A stretch of 64,000 nt of DNA. It comes from Bacteroidales bacterium. Lineage in GTDB: Bacteria > Bacteroidota > Bacteroidia > Bacteroidales > WCHB1-69. Shown one piece after another: positions 18,667 through 26,995 of the stretch. Location of the stretch: NCBI GenBank assembly GCA_031553535.1, contig JAVBLM010000019.1:249528-313527 (forward strand), in the 5' to 3' direction. The notes below the pieces were generated by a model. That model made no database searches. It had not been told where the DNA came from and saw only the letters and a program-made list of their open reading frames with translations. The translations under genes and the position numbers were made by a program. Each line of letters starts with the position of its first letter. Position 1 is the stretch's first letter.

Positions 18667-19245
18667 ATAGGAGATTTAGATATAGCAACAAATTATAATC
18701 GCTCGGATGGTCATCGGAGAGGAGGTTTTGTAAAAAAGGAAGAGTTACACAAAATTAACAATTCAATCACAGCACCAATAATACGTTTAGTTGGTGATGG
18801 TGTAGAACCTCGGATTTTATCTTTAAAAGAAGCACTGGATATTGCACGTAATATGGATATGGATTTGGTTGAAATTTCACCCCAAGCGAATCCACCGGTG
18901 TGTAAAGTAATGGACTATCAAAAATATCTTTATGAATTAAAGAAAAAACAAAAAGAGATAAAAGCGAAATCAGCAAAGATTTCGGTAAAAGAAATTCGTT
19001 TAGGTCCTAACACAGATGAACATGATTTTAATTTCAAAGTAAAACATGCTATCGGATTTTTGCAGGATGGCAATAAAGTAAAAGTGGATGTTTTCTTTAA
19101 AGGACGTTCTATTATGTACAAAGAGCAGGGAGAGTTGATGTTGCTGAACTTCGCTAAAGCCTGTGAAGAATATGGAAAACCTGATCAAATGCCAAAGCTA
19201 GAAGGCAAACGGATGATTATAATACTATCTCCCGTAAAGAAATAA
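18667..19245 (+). CDS. infC: translation initiation factor IF-3, non-AUG start (exact start codon uncertain)
   Basis: The conserved N-domain [17 protein letters not shown]...[19 protein letters not shown] lies upstream of the first ATG (18853). The frame is open from 18661. In-frame ATA occurs at 18667 and 18682, and ATT at 18754. Confidence 0.85.
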   Translation: MGDLDIATNYNRSDGHRRGGFVKKEELHKINNSITAPIIRLVGDGVEPRILSLKEALDIARNMDMDLVEISPQANPPVCKVMDYQKYLYELKKKQKEIKAKSAKISVKEIRLGPNTDEHDFNFKVKHAIGFLQDGNKVKVDVFFKGRSIMYKEQGELMLLNFAKACEEYGKPDQMPKLEGKRMIIILSPVKK

Positions 19246-19297
19246 AAAAGAAATTGATTTTAAATCTATATATTAATCATTAAAATTTTAAGCAAGA

Positions 19298-19492
19298 ATG
19301 CCAAAAGTAAAGACGAAATCAAGTGCTAAAAAAAGATTTTCTTTTACCGGCACCGGAAAGATCAAAAGACAGCATGCTTACAAAAGCCACATATTGACAA
19401 AAAAATCAACAAAGCGTAAACGTAATTTAACGTATAGCGCCATTGTAGATAATACAAATGTGAAGGCAGTAAAGCAAATGCTTAATTGTTAG
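19298..19492 (+). CDS. rpmI: 50S ribosomal protein L35
   Basis: [14 protein letters not shown]... 64 aa, in the canonical position between infC and rplT. Confidence 0.95.
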   Translation: MPKVKTKSSAKKRFSFTGTGKIKRQHAYKSHILTKKSTKRKRNLTYSAIVDNTNVKAVKQMLNC

Positions 19493-19573
19493 TTAAAAGA
19501 AATTATTAATTTACCATCAGCAAAATAAAAGATCGATTTAATCGACGCTGACGTAAAAAAGAAAGGATAAAAT

Positions 19574-19921
19574 ATGCCAAGATCAGTAAATCACGTTGCT
19601 TCCAGAGCACGTAGAAAAAAAATCCTTAAATTAACCAAAGGATACTTCGGAAGACGTAAAAATGTTTGGACCGTTGCCAAAAACACCTGGGAAAAAGGAC
19701 AACAATATGCTTATAGAGATAGAAAGCAGAAAAAACGTAACTTTAGAAGTTTATGGATAACACGTATTAATGCAGGCGTGAGACAATATGATATGTCTTA
19801 TTCTGTTTTTATGGGACAATTGCATAAAAAAGGAATAGAACTTAATCGGAAAACTCTTGCCGACCTTGCAATGAACAATGCCGAGGCATTTAAAGCGATT
19901 GTTGATCTAGTTAAAAAATAA
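19574..19921 (+). CDS. rplT: 50S ribosomal protein L20
   Basis: [30 protein letters not shown]... 115 aa. Confidence 0.95.
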   Translation: MPRSVNHVASRARRKKILKLTKGYFGRRKNVWTVAKNTWEKGQQYAYRDRKQKKRNFRSLWITRINAGVRQYDMSYSVFMGQLHKKGIELNRKTLADLAMNNAEAFKAIVDLVKK

Positions 19922-19968
19922 ATCAATCAATCGAAGGAATTTTTACGATTTAAAATCAATGAAAAAAT

Positions 19969-19993
19969 GGCTGCCTTTAGGGAGCCTTTTTTT
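19969..19993 (+). terminator. rho-independent terminator of the infC-rpmI-rplT operon
   Basis: GGCTGCC-TTTA-GGGAGCC followed by T7, with an A-run upstream. Confidence 0.65.
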
Positions 19994-20872
19994 ATGAAAC
20001 CGGATATGGAAACATTAAAAAAACTGATACATTCTCATGATAAAGTTGCCTTTTTGATAGGGAATGGCCCTAATCTGGCCGCAAAGATAATGCCTTCCTG
20101 GAAAGAATTGCTGGCTTCGGTCTCCGACATGCCTATTTCTTCCGATATAAGCGGGTTATCAAACACAGAAGTATACGATTTGGTTGAACTGCACTCCAAA
20201 AATCCAACCAAAATAAAAGAACGCGTATGTCAACACCTTACTATTAAGGATAAACATTCACTGACTATTCATAAAGATCTGATGGAGATGGCAGAAGCAT
20301 TTGATATACCTGTTCTGACTACAAACTTTGATCAAGCCCTTGAAACATCGGTTGATGCCAAACTGCATCATCTAGAATCCAAAAGCTTTACGCGGTTCTA
20401 TCCATGGAAATCATATTACGGACACGTACCTTTGGAGTTCCCTACCGACGGTTTCGGTATCTGGAAAATCCATGGAGATATCCGCTATAAAGACAGTATC
20501 CGCTTAGGGCTGACCGAATACATGGGTAGTGTGGAACGGGCAAGAAAGATCCTTCATAAAGGAAAAGGAAGACTGATGAAAAGAAAAGACAGAAATAAAT
20601 GGCAAGGCAACAAAACCTGGCTCCATATCTGGTTTCATCTTCCTATTATTATATTCGGGTTAGGTTGTGGAATTGACGAAATATTCCTGCGCTGGCTTCT
20701 CATTGAACGAAGAAGATATTTGAATTTATACAAAGAGCCTATGAATGTATGGTACATTTCATTAGAATCCCCACCACCTGCGGTGAGCAACTTGATGCAA
20801 AACCTGGGTGCAAAAATAGAAATCATAAAAGATTATCCTGAAATTTACGGAAAAACGGGTACGATAGATTAA
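19994..20872 (+). CDS. stand-alone SIR2-like domain protein (SIR2_2 / ThsA-type NADase fold candidate)
   Basis: Motif order VAFLIGNGPN..PSWKELL, VLTTNFDQALE, IWKIHGDI, IIFGLGCGIDE. The track start at 19967 lies in the terminator stem, so the ATG at 19994 is preferred. Confidence 0.65.
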   Translation: MKPDMETLKKLIHSHDKVAFLIGNGPNLAAKIMPSWKELLASVSDMPISSDISGLSNTEVYDLVELHSKNPTKIKERVCQHLTIKDKHSLTIHKDLMEMAEAFDIPVLTTNFDQALETSVDAKLHHLESKSFTRFYPWKSYYGHVPLEFPTDGFGIWKIHGDIRYKDSIRLGLTEYMGSVERARKILHKGKGRLMKRKDRNKWQGNKTWLHIWFHLPIIIFGLGCGIDEIFLRWLLIERRRYLNLYKEPMNVWYISLESPPPAVSNLMQNLGAKIEIIKDYPEIYGKTGTID

Positions 20873-20992
20873 GCTGAATTGCTCATATATAAAATCAAAA
20901 CGCGTCCCTCCATAAACAAATCAAAACAATATTTGTTATATCCACTGAATATTGACAAATTAAGTTTTCTGCAATCAAATAATTTAAAAAGT

Positions 20993-21820
20993 ATGATCCA
21001 CTTATCTTCATTTATAAAAAAAGTATTCCCGGCAATATGTATGTTAGGCTTCAGTTGCTTCTTATACGCCCAAACACCGCAAACACAACCGGTTTCACAA
21101 TCTGCACCGAAGGAAAAAGCGGACGAAGAAACCCTTAAACAAGCTAATAACCCGTTGGCAAGTGTCAAATCTTTTAATGTTCATAATTATTATGTGCCGA
21201 TTCTATACGGTGCAAAAGATGTAATGATGAACCAGGCATGGTTGCGTTATGCACAGCCTATCGGAAATTTTATTATACGCGCTTCACTTCCTATCGTAAC
21301 AAGTTCAACACGATCGGAAAATCCCGTTTCAGGGCTGGGTGACTTGAATGCATTCGTCATTTATAAATTCAAATTGAAAAACGAAGGTATCGAATTAGGT
21401 GTAGGCCCCGCACTCACCTTCCCTACCGGAACCCGGAACCTAGGCTCCGGGAAATGGCAGGCAGGTGCCTCAGTTATTGCTTTTTTCAAAAGCAATCCCA
21501 TCATACAAATAGGCTCGCTGCTTACCTGGCAAATGTCTTATGCCGGCGATGGAGACAGGAATGATGTAAACATCCTTACACCTCAAATCTTTTTTATGTG
21601 GCAAATAGGAGGCGGCACCTATCTACGTAGTACGGGAACATGGTCGTTCAACTTTGTAGACGGCAGTTACAATATCCCAATTGGTCTAGGTATCGGAAAA
21701 ACATTCAAAGCGGGAAAGATTATATTCAATGTTTTCATGGAACCTCAGTATTCGGTTTTTGCATGGGGAACAAATCAACCTCAACTTCAAATTTTTGCCG
21801 GATTTAATACGCAGTTTTAA
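20993..21820 (+). CDS. outer-membrane beta-barrel protein (MetA-pathway/transporter-like OMP)
   Basis: From the ATG at 20993 there is a signal peptide, MIHLSSFIKKVFPAICMLGFSCFLYAQ. It has alternating beta-strand character and a C-terminal aromatic residue (..GFNTQF). Confidence 0.55.
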   Translation: MIHLSSFIKKVFPAICMLGFSCFLYAQTPQTQPVSQSAPKEKADEETLKQANNPLASVKSFNVHNYYVPILYGAKDVMMNQAWLRYAQPIGNFIIRASLPIVTSSTRSENPVSGLGDLNAFVIYKFKLKNEGIELGVGPALTFPTGTRNLGSGKWQAGASVIAFFKSNPIIQIGSLLTWQMSYAGDGDRNDVNILTPQIFFMWQIGGGTYLRSTGTWSFNFVDGSYNIPIGLGIGKTFKAGKIIFNVFMEPQYSVFAWGTNQPQLQIFAGFNTQF

Positions 21821-21857
21821 TAAAAACATAGTTATCTAATTTATCGGAGGATAACAT

Positions 21858-21896
21858 AAAATCTCCTTACAAAATCTAGCTTGTAAGGAGATTTTT
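21858..21896 (+). terminator. rho-independent terminator
   Basis: AAATCTCCTTACAA-aatctagc-TTGTAAGGAGATTT followed by a T-run. Confidence 0.7.
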
Positions 21897-22299
21897 ATAT
21901 CTGATACCGTAATGCTACAGGGAATAAAGAAAACTAATCCGGTTTTCCATGTCCGTTTTATCTCAACTTTTGACAAGTTCTTTAATCCGGAATTACTTTT
22001 GTAAAAATAAAGTATGGAACCGTCAAAATAGAATATTAAAGGAAAAAGATTTTGGTATACCTTTGCAAAATATTTTCTCTGTAAAAATCAAAAGAATGAA
22101 AAACTTGGACAAACATGCCTTTGTGACCCTTATACGGCTCATCCATCTATTTCTCGTACAAAGTATTTCTAGCATTTTCTATGTGAACTATTACAGGAAG
22201 ATATTGTAAACATGAAAATTCGTTATGCTTCTAATGGAAAATTCAGGACAACACTAAAGTAGCAAGAAACAAGGTTGATATATTTACATTTGATAGAAT

Positions 22300-23517
22300 A
22301 TGAACGAAGCGTATTTTGAACTGCCATTCTTTACTAACTTGCTAATCCTGTTAGTGACTGCAAGAATTTTTGGTGAAATATTCGAACGATTTAAACAACC
22401 TGCAATGATTGGAGAAATTCTAGCAGGGATAATTCTAGGGCCAAGTTTATTAAACTTAATTCATAGGACAGAAGACATACAGGTTATCTCCGAATTAGGA
22501 GTTTTTTTATTGGTCATTATAGCAGGCCTCGAAATTAACATAGACGACATACTAAAATCCCTGAAAGGCAAAAATATTATAATTTCCATCATGGCTTTCT
22601 TCCTGCCTATACTTAGCGGTATTGGCGTAGGCCACTTCTTTAACCAAGACATCATGACATCCATATTTATCGGATTATGTATTGCAATCACGGCTTTACC
22701 GGTAAGCATAAGAATCCTGATGGACCTAGGAAAAATAAATTCGGAAGTAGGACAAAAAATAATCTCCGTCGCAATCTTTGATGATGTTCTTGCATTGACT
22801 ATACTCGGTATTCTTCTAAATATAAAAGATACCGGTATGTCATTTGCTTCCGTTACGCAAGCCGGATTAATCTCGTTACTAAAACTATTGGCATTTATCG
22901 GATTATTAAGTCTGGCATACCTGGCTATCAAAAAAATACTCCGGAAAGGAAATTATCTTGAAGAATCACTCGACAAATTTATCTCCCTTATCAAAGGGAA
23001 AGAACCTCTGTTTGCCCTGTTCTTTGCATTTGTCCTTTTGTTTGCGACTTTTACCGAAACGTTAGGCCTGCATTTTATTGTAGGAGCATTTTTCGCCTCG
23101 ATGTTAATCAGCGAATCTCTGATCGGCAAGCATAATTTCAAGGTAATAGAAACAACAACAAGCAATATGGCAATGGGGTTTCTGGCACCCATTTTCTTTG
23201 CAGGCATCGGCCTTGAATCCAATATTTCTTCCATCAGCAATATCGGGCTTTTAGCCGCCGTAATTGTGGTATCATACATATCAAAAATTGCCGGCGGTTA
23301 TCTTGGCGGAACGTTTGCAGGACTGAAAAGCCGGGTATCTTTAACCCTCGGTATCGGGCTAAACGCAAGGGGTATTATGGAACTTGTTATCGCAAATATT
23401 GCCTACAAAAACGAACTAATCAGCACCGAAGTCTTTTCTATTCTAGTAATCATGGGTATATTGACAACACTAACCACTCCTTTTCTTCTGAAACGGGCAT
23501 TCAGGCAAATAGAATAG
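22300..23517 (+). CDS. cation:proton antiporter (CPA2/Kef-NapA type)
   Basis: 405 aa with about 12 TM segments. The N-terminus LLVTARIFGEIFERFKQPAMIGEILAGIILGPS is typical of the Na_H_Exchanger family. Confidence 0.85.
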   Translation: MNEAYFELPFFTNLLILLVTARIFGEIFERFKQPAMIGEILAGIILGPSLLNLIHRTEDIQVISELGVFLLVIIAGLEINIDDILKSLKGKNIIISIMAFFLPILSGIGVGHFFNQDIMTSIFIGLCIAITALPVSIRILMDLGKINSEVGQKIISVAIFDDVLALTILGILLNIKDTGMSFASVTQAGLISLLKLLAFIGLLSLAYLAIKKILRKGNYLEESLDKFISLIKGKEPLFALFFAFVLLFATFTETLGLHFIVGAFFASMLISESLIGKHNFKVIETTTSNMAMGFLAPIFFAGIGLESNISSISNIGLLAAVIVVSYISKIAGGYLGGTFAGLKSRVSLTLGIGLNARGIMELVIANIAYKNELISTEVFSILVIMGILTTLTTPFLLKRAFRQIE

Positions 23518-23804
23518 AAAACCATCCACTATCATCGATGATTTATCTTTCGTCGGCTAGTTAGCGTAGATTCGGATGGGAAATAAATATCTTTCTTAGT
23601 AGAGAGAATATAATAATTTATAAAAAAGTTATATCTATTTGCAACAGGAATAATGGAATCTGATTTAAGATATCATCGAGGTTTTTATTCTATAGCCCCG
23701 TCTACCTGTTTCCGGCAGGCATATTTTCCATAATAAAGAACGAATGGAACATATCGACAGGTGTTATAACAATCTAGAATATATACCGGCAATTATAGGA
23801 ATAT

Positions 23805-24172
23805 ATTCCGAAAGTCCGGAAGGCTTGCCAACGGTGGTTGGGGAGAATTCCAAGAGTTCGGAAAGCCTGCCAACGATGGTTGGGAAGAATTCCGGAAGTT
23901 CGGAAAGTCTGCCAACGGTGGTTGGGGAGAATTCCGAGAGTTCGGAAAGTTTGCCAACGATGGTTGGGAAGAATTCCGAGGGTTCGGAATGTATGCCAAT
24001 GACGGTTGGGAAGAATTCCGAGAGTTCGGAAAGCCTGCCAACAGTGGTTGGGGAGAATTTCGAGAGTTCGGAAAGTTTGCCAACGATGGTTGGGAAGAAT
24101 TCCGGAAGTTCGGAAAGTTTGCCAACGATGGTTGGGGAGAATTCAGAGAGTTCGGAATGTCTGCCAATGATA
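23805..24172. repeat. tandem array 2: nine units of exactly 42 bp
   Basis: Unit starts run from 23805 to 24141 in perfect 42-bp register. The consensus is ATTCCGAGAGTTCGGAAAGTTTGCCAACGATGGTTGGGAAGA, with dyads TTCCGA/TCGGAA and CCAAC/GTTGG. Confidence 0.95.
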
Positions 24173-24173
24173 G

Positions 24174-24340
24174 AGATTGCTTCATTCCTCGCAATGACGC
24201 TCTTAACTAACATATTGCCGTCATGCTGAACTTGTTTCAGCATCCCCTTCTTTTGAGGAGATTAGTTCGCTTAAAAGTCTCACTGCACTCACCTGCGTTC
24301 GTTCGGGTGCGGATCAAGTCCGCAATGACGCTATTAACTT
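24174..24340. repeat. cluster of short palindromic/direct repeat motifs
   Basis: AGATTGCTTCATTCCTCGCAATGACG (24174-24199). Hairpin ATGCTGAA-cttgt-TTCAGCAT (24223-24243). A second CGCAATGACGCTnTTAACT copy at 24321-24340 versus 24190-24208. Confidence 0.7.
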
Positions 24341-24489
24341 ATGCTTACTGTCATTTCCTTTTGTGTGAACCTTTAATAAATACTACCAATGACGATTGGA
24401 GTTAATTCTAGCATTCCAGAATGACAATCAACCAGGGTTTACTGTTTTTCCTTCCGTTATCTTATTTCCTTTTATTTCTAACTTTATAA

Positions 24490-24667
24490 CAGAAGTTATG
24501 CAAGTTAGAAAAAAGTTAGAGGAAGTTATAATTTAATTGTTGAATTGTTTAGCGTTTACATACTGAACTTATCAAAAGTTGAGGTAAGGGATTAACTCCA
24601 CTTTTGACAAATTCAATTATTTCTTGTTGCTTGTTGTAATTATTACCTGTAACTTGCGTAATTTCTG
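24490..24667. mobile_element. MITE-like element copy C (178 bp)
   Basis: Ends are CAGAAGTTATGCAAGTTA and TAACTTGCGTAATTTCTG (18/20 as an inverted repeat). The flanking 7-mers are TTTATAA (24483-24489) and TTTACAA (24668-24674), a 6/7 match. Confidence 0.6.
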
Positions 24668-24796
24668 TTTACAAAATAAACAAAGCTATTGATACGTTGT
24701 AAATAAACTAAGGAGTATATGGTAAAGGTTGATGGGATTCAGGATGCATCGCTTACTACTCGACAAATTAAATCATTTAAACTAATACTAAAAGAA

Positions 24797-25990
24797 ATGA
24801 AAAAGTTAAGTGCATTTTTTATCGGCGTTTTATTAACTGTAAACATATTTACGGCTACAGCCAAAGAAGATCAAAAAGATCCGTTCATGACCCGTACTTT
24901 TCCGGCGGCATCCATTAAATCGGTAGAAGTAATCACATCGGGTGGTCGTATTGCCGTGAATGGAGATACCAATTCGGAGGCTGTAGTTGAGGTATATGCG
25001 AATCATAATAAATGGTCGGATGAAAAGATTAAACAGGTGTTGGAAGAGAATTATACTATCGAAATTAAAGTGGAAAGTGGAAAGTTGCATGCTTTGGCAA
25101 GACCGAAAGCCAACATTAAAAACTGGAAAACACAAGGATTAAATATTTCGTTCAAGATCAGCGTACCCAGGCAAATCGACAGTCATTTGCGAACCAGTGG
25201 TGGAAGTATTCAACTTAACGATTTATCAGGTTCCCAAGATTTCACAACCAGCGGCGGTTCATTGTCAGTTAAGAATGTTTCAGGCAATATTGTCGGCAGA
25301 ACATCAGGTGGGAGTATTGTTGTAACAAACTCAAAAGATAATATTGACTTAAAAACGAGCGGCGGAAGCATCACAGCGACAAACTGTGAGGGGAAAATCG
25401 ACATTGCAACTGCGGGTGGAAGTCTCAGGATGAGTAATCTTAGCGGAAATATTAATGCAATAACCAGCGGTGGGAGTATTACGGCAAGTAATATCAACGG
25501 TATCTTCAAAACCAGTACTGCGGGTGGAAGCATCACAGCAACAAACTGTGAGGGGACAATAAATATGGCAACTGCGGGTGGAAGTCTCAAGATGAGTAAC
25601 CTTAATGGAAATATCAATGCAGCAACCAGTGGCGGAAGTATTACGGCTAGTAATGTCAATGGTGTCTTCAAAACCGGAACCTCAGGCGGCAGTATGCAAT
25701 TAGAAAACATCTCGGGCAGTTTGGAAGCAAAAACATCGGGCGGAAGCATGAATGTGGCAATGACATCTGTTAGTGATTACGTAAAATTGTCCAATAATGG
25801 AAACATCAACTTAACCGTGCCTGCCGATAAAGGTTACAACCTTAAAGTGGACGCAAAAAAAATAAAAACATCAGGCTTAAAAGATTTCAGCGGCAACATG
25901 GATAATGGGAGTATCGGAGGAATTGTCGGGAGTGGCAATACGGAAATCGAAATAAAAGCATTGTTGCAGGTAAATCTGTCATTCAAATAG
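24797..25990 (+). CDS. DUF4097-type beta-helix repeat protein (putative adhesin), secreted
   Basis: From the ATG at 24797 there is a signal peptide, MKKLSAFFIGVLLTVNIFTATA. TSGGSI/TAGGSL motifs recur every ~20 aa. Confidence 0.75.
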   Translation: MKKLSAFFIGVLLTVNIFTATAKEDQKDPFMTRTFPAASIKSVEVITSGGRIAVNGDTNSEAVVEVYANHNKWSDEKIKQVLEENYTIEIKVESGKLHALARPKANIKNWKTQGLNISFKISVPRQIDSHLRTSGGSIQLNDLSGSQDFTTSGGSLSVKNVSGNIVGRTSGGSIVVTNSKDNIDLKTSGGSITATNCEGKIDIATAGGSLRMSNLSGNINAITSGGSITASNINGIFKTSTAGGSITATNCEGTINMATAGGSLKMSNLNGNINAATSGGSITASNVNGVFKTGTSGGSMQLENISGSLEAKTSGGSMNVAMTSVSDYVKLSNNGNINLTVPADKGYNLKVDAKKIKTSGLKDFSGNMDNGSIGGIVGSGNTEIEIKALLQVNLSFK

Positions 25991-26260
25991 TATTAGTTCA
26001 GCAGAAGTTCAAGAATGGTTCCCAAAACAATGAATAACTTGGTCTGATTCTTTATCGTGCCGATCAACATTTGGTCTTTGGATTGCTGTTCAAATTTATT
26101 AAAAGACACTTTCTATATATAGTCTTTCTTTTATTTTCTACCTCCCATCTTCTTTTCTAAATACATGATAAAGAAGATAATTTTTAAATTATATAATCCG
26201 TATCTGTTCATTAAGTACAGGGAAGATTTATTTTAACTTAAAACGGGTTAAAAAATCATG

Positions 26261-26268
26261 TATCTTTG
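26261..26268 (+). promoter_or_regulatory. putative -7 promoter box (TAnnTTTG)
   Basis: TATCTTTG, 37 nt upstream of the ATG at 26305. Confidence 0.45.
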
Positions 26269-26304
26269 CACGCCGAATATATAATAACCAAATAGTATCA
26301 TAAT

Positions 26305-26967
26305 ATGAAGAAAATAACTTTATTTCTTTTATTATTTTTAATAACATTGGCAGCAAATGCCCAGACAAACGATTCTATTGATTTTTGTTTCGAGATAAAA
26401 AAAGTTGTTACGGATTCCGCCTCGCCCTACTTTTATCCGTCATTATTGGAAAAAGTCAAGAACAATCCTGCGAAAATAGATGAAACGGATTGCTATTATT
26501 TATATTACGGGCAAATATTCCAACCGGATTATATACCCTTAATGTCTTTTTTTATATATCCCGAACGCAGGGATTTCGACATGGCTGCAATAAATAGGAA
26601 ATATAAAAAAGTAATTCAACTTGGTAAAATCATGCTTGAGAGAAATCCTGTTGATTTAACAATATTATTACATACTTCCAGATCCATAGCTAAACAGAAA
26701 AGATACATCGACAATGATTATTTTTCTCAACGGTTTACAAATTTGCTATCCGCAATCTTTTCCACAGGTAATGGTAAAACAAAAGAAACCGCAATAAAAA
26801 TTGTAAGTATGGAAGATGATTATGTACTAAAACGAGTATTAGGATTTTTAGGAAACGAAGAAACGTTAATTATTGAAGAGGATCATGCTTACAGCGTTTG
26901 GACGAAAAGTAACGTCAAGTTATATTTTGAGGATATCATGACTATTGAAAAAAATAGTTACAACTAA
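26305..26967 (+). CDS. secreted hypothetical protein (possibly DUF4919 family)
   Basis: Signal peptide MKKITLFLLLFLITLAANAQ. The size and the YYLYYGQ motif recall DUF4919, from memory only. Confidence 0.4.
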   Translation: MKKITLFLLLFLITLAANAQTNDSIDFCFEIKKVVTDSASPYFYPSLLEKVKNNPAKIDETDCYYLYYGQIFQPDYIPLMSFFIYPERRDFDMAAINRKYKKVIQLGKIMLERNPVDLTILLHTSRSIAKQKRYIDNDYFSQRFTNLLSAIFSTGNGKTKETAIKIVSMEDDYVLKRVLGFLGNEETLIIEEDHAYSVWTKSNVKLYFEDIMTIEKNSYN

Positions 26968-26973
26968 AGAAGC

Positions 26974-26995
26974 AACTTGCGTAACTTCTGTTATA
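26974..26995. repeat. solo right-arm copy of the MITE family
   Basis: AACTTGCGTAACTTCTGTTAT is identical to the right end of copy B. It begins 7 nt after the stop codon at 26965-26967. Confidence 0.7.

Noticed and set aside
19967-19993. ATG at 19967 as the start of the SIR2-like gene
   Set aside because: It sits inside the stem of the rplT terminator hairpin. The ATG at 19994, directly after the T-run, is the more plausible start.
21949-22209. 86-aa ORF in the gap before the antiporter gene
   Set aside because: It has no motif and odd composition, and it spans candidate -7 boxes (21994-22001, 22058-22065). More likely this is promoter and leader for the antiporter gene. I could not identify a riboswitch fold by eye.
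22461-23279. Minus-strand ORFs of 156 and 108 aa within the antiporter gene, and similar antisense ORFs within the RND, MATE, dnaJ and cdr-like genes
   Set aside because: All lie opposite strongly supported genes and lack recognisable motifs.
23744-24243. Three long overlapping ORFs (161 aa on the plus strand, 159 aa and 133 aa on the minus strand) across array 2, as possible repeat proteins
   Set aside because: They exist only because the 42-bp unit has no stop codons in most frames. They have no signal, start context or promoter logic. The homologous array 1 loses frame through 41-bp units, so selection is not on a 14-aa repeat.
24297-24330. tRNA-like T-arm (GCGGATCAAGTCCGC)
   Set aside because: It has a 5-nt loop instead of the 7-nt T-loop, there is no acceptor, D or anticodon arm around it, and it is part of a repeat cluster.
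25210-25749. 179-aa minus-strand ORF inside the DUF4097 gene
   Set aside because: It is an antisense artefact of the GGTGGAAG-type codon repeats (PP/LP-rich), and the sense strand has a clear domain assignment.
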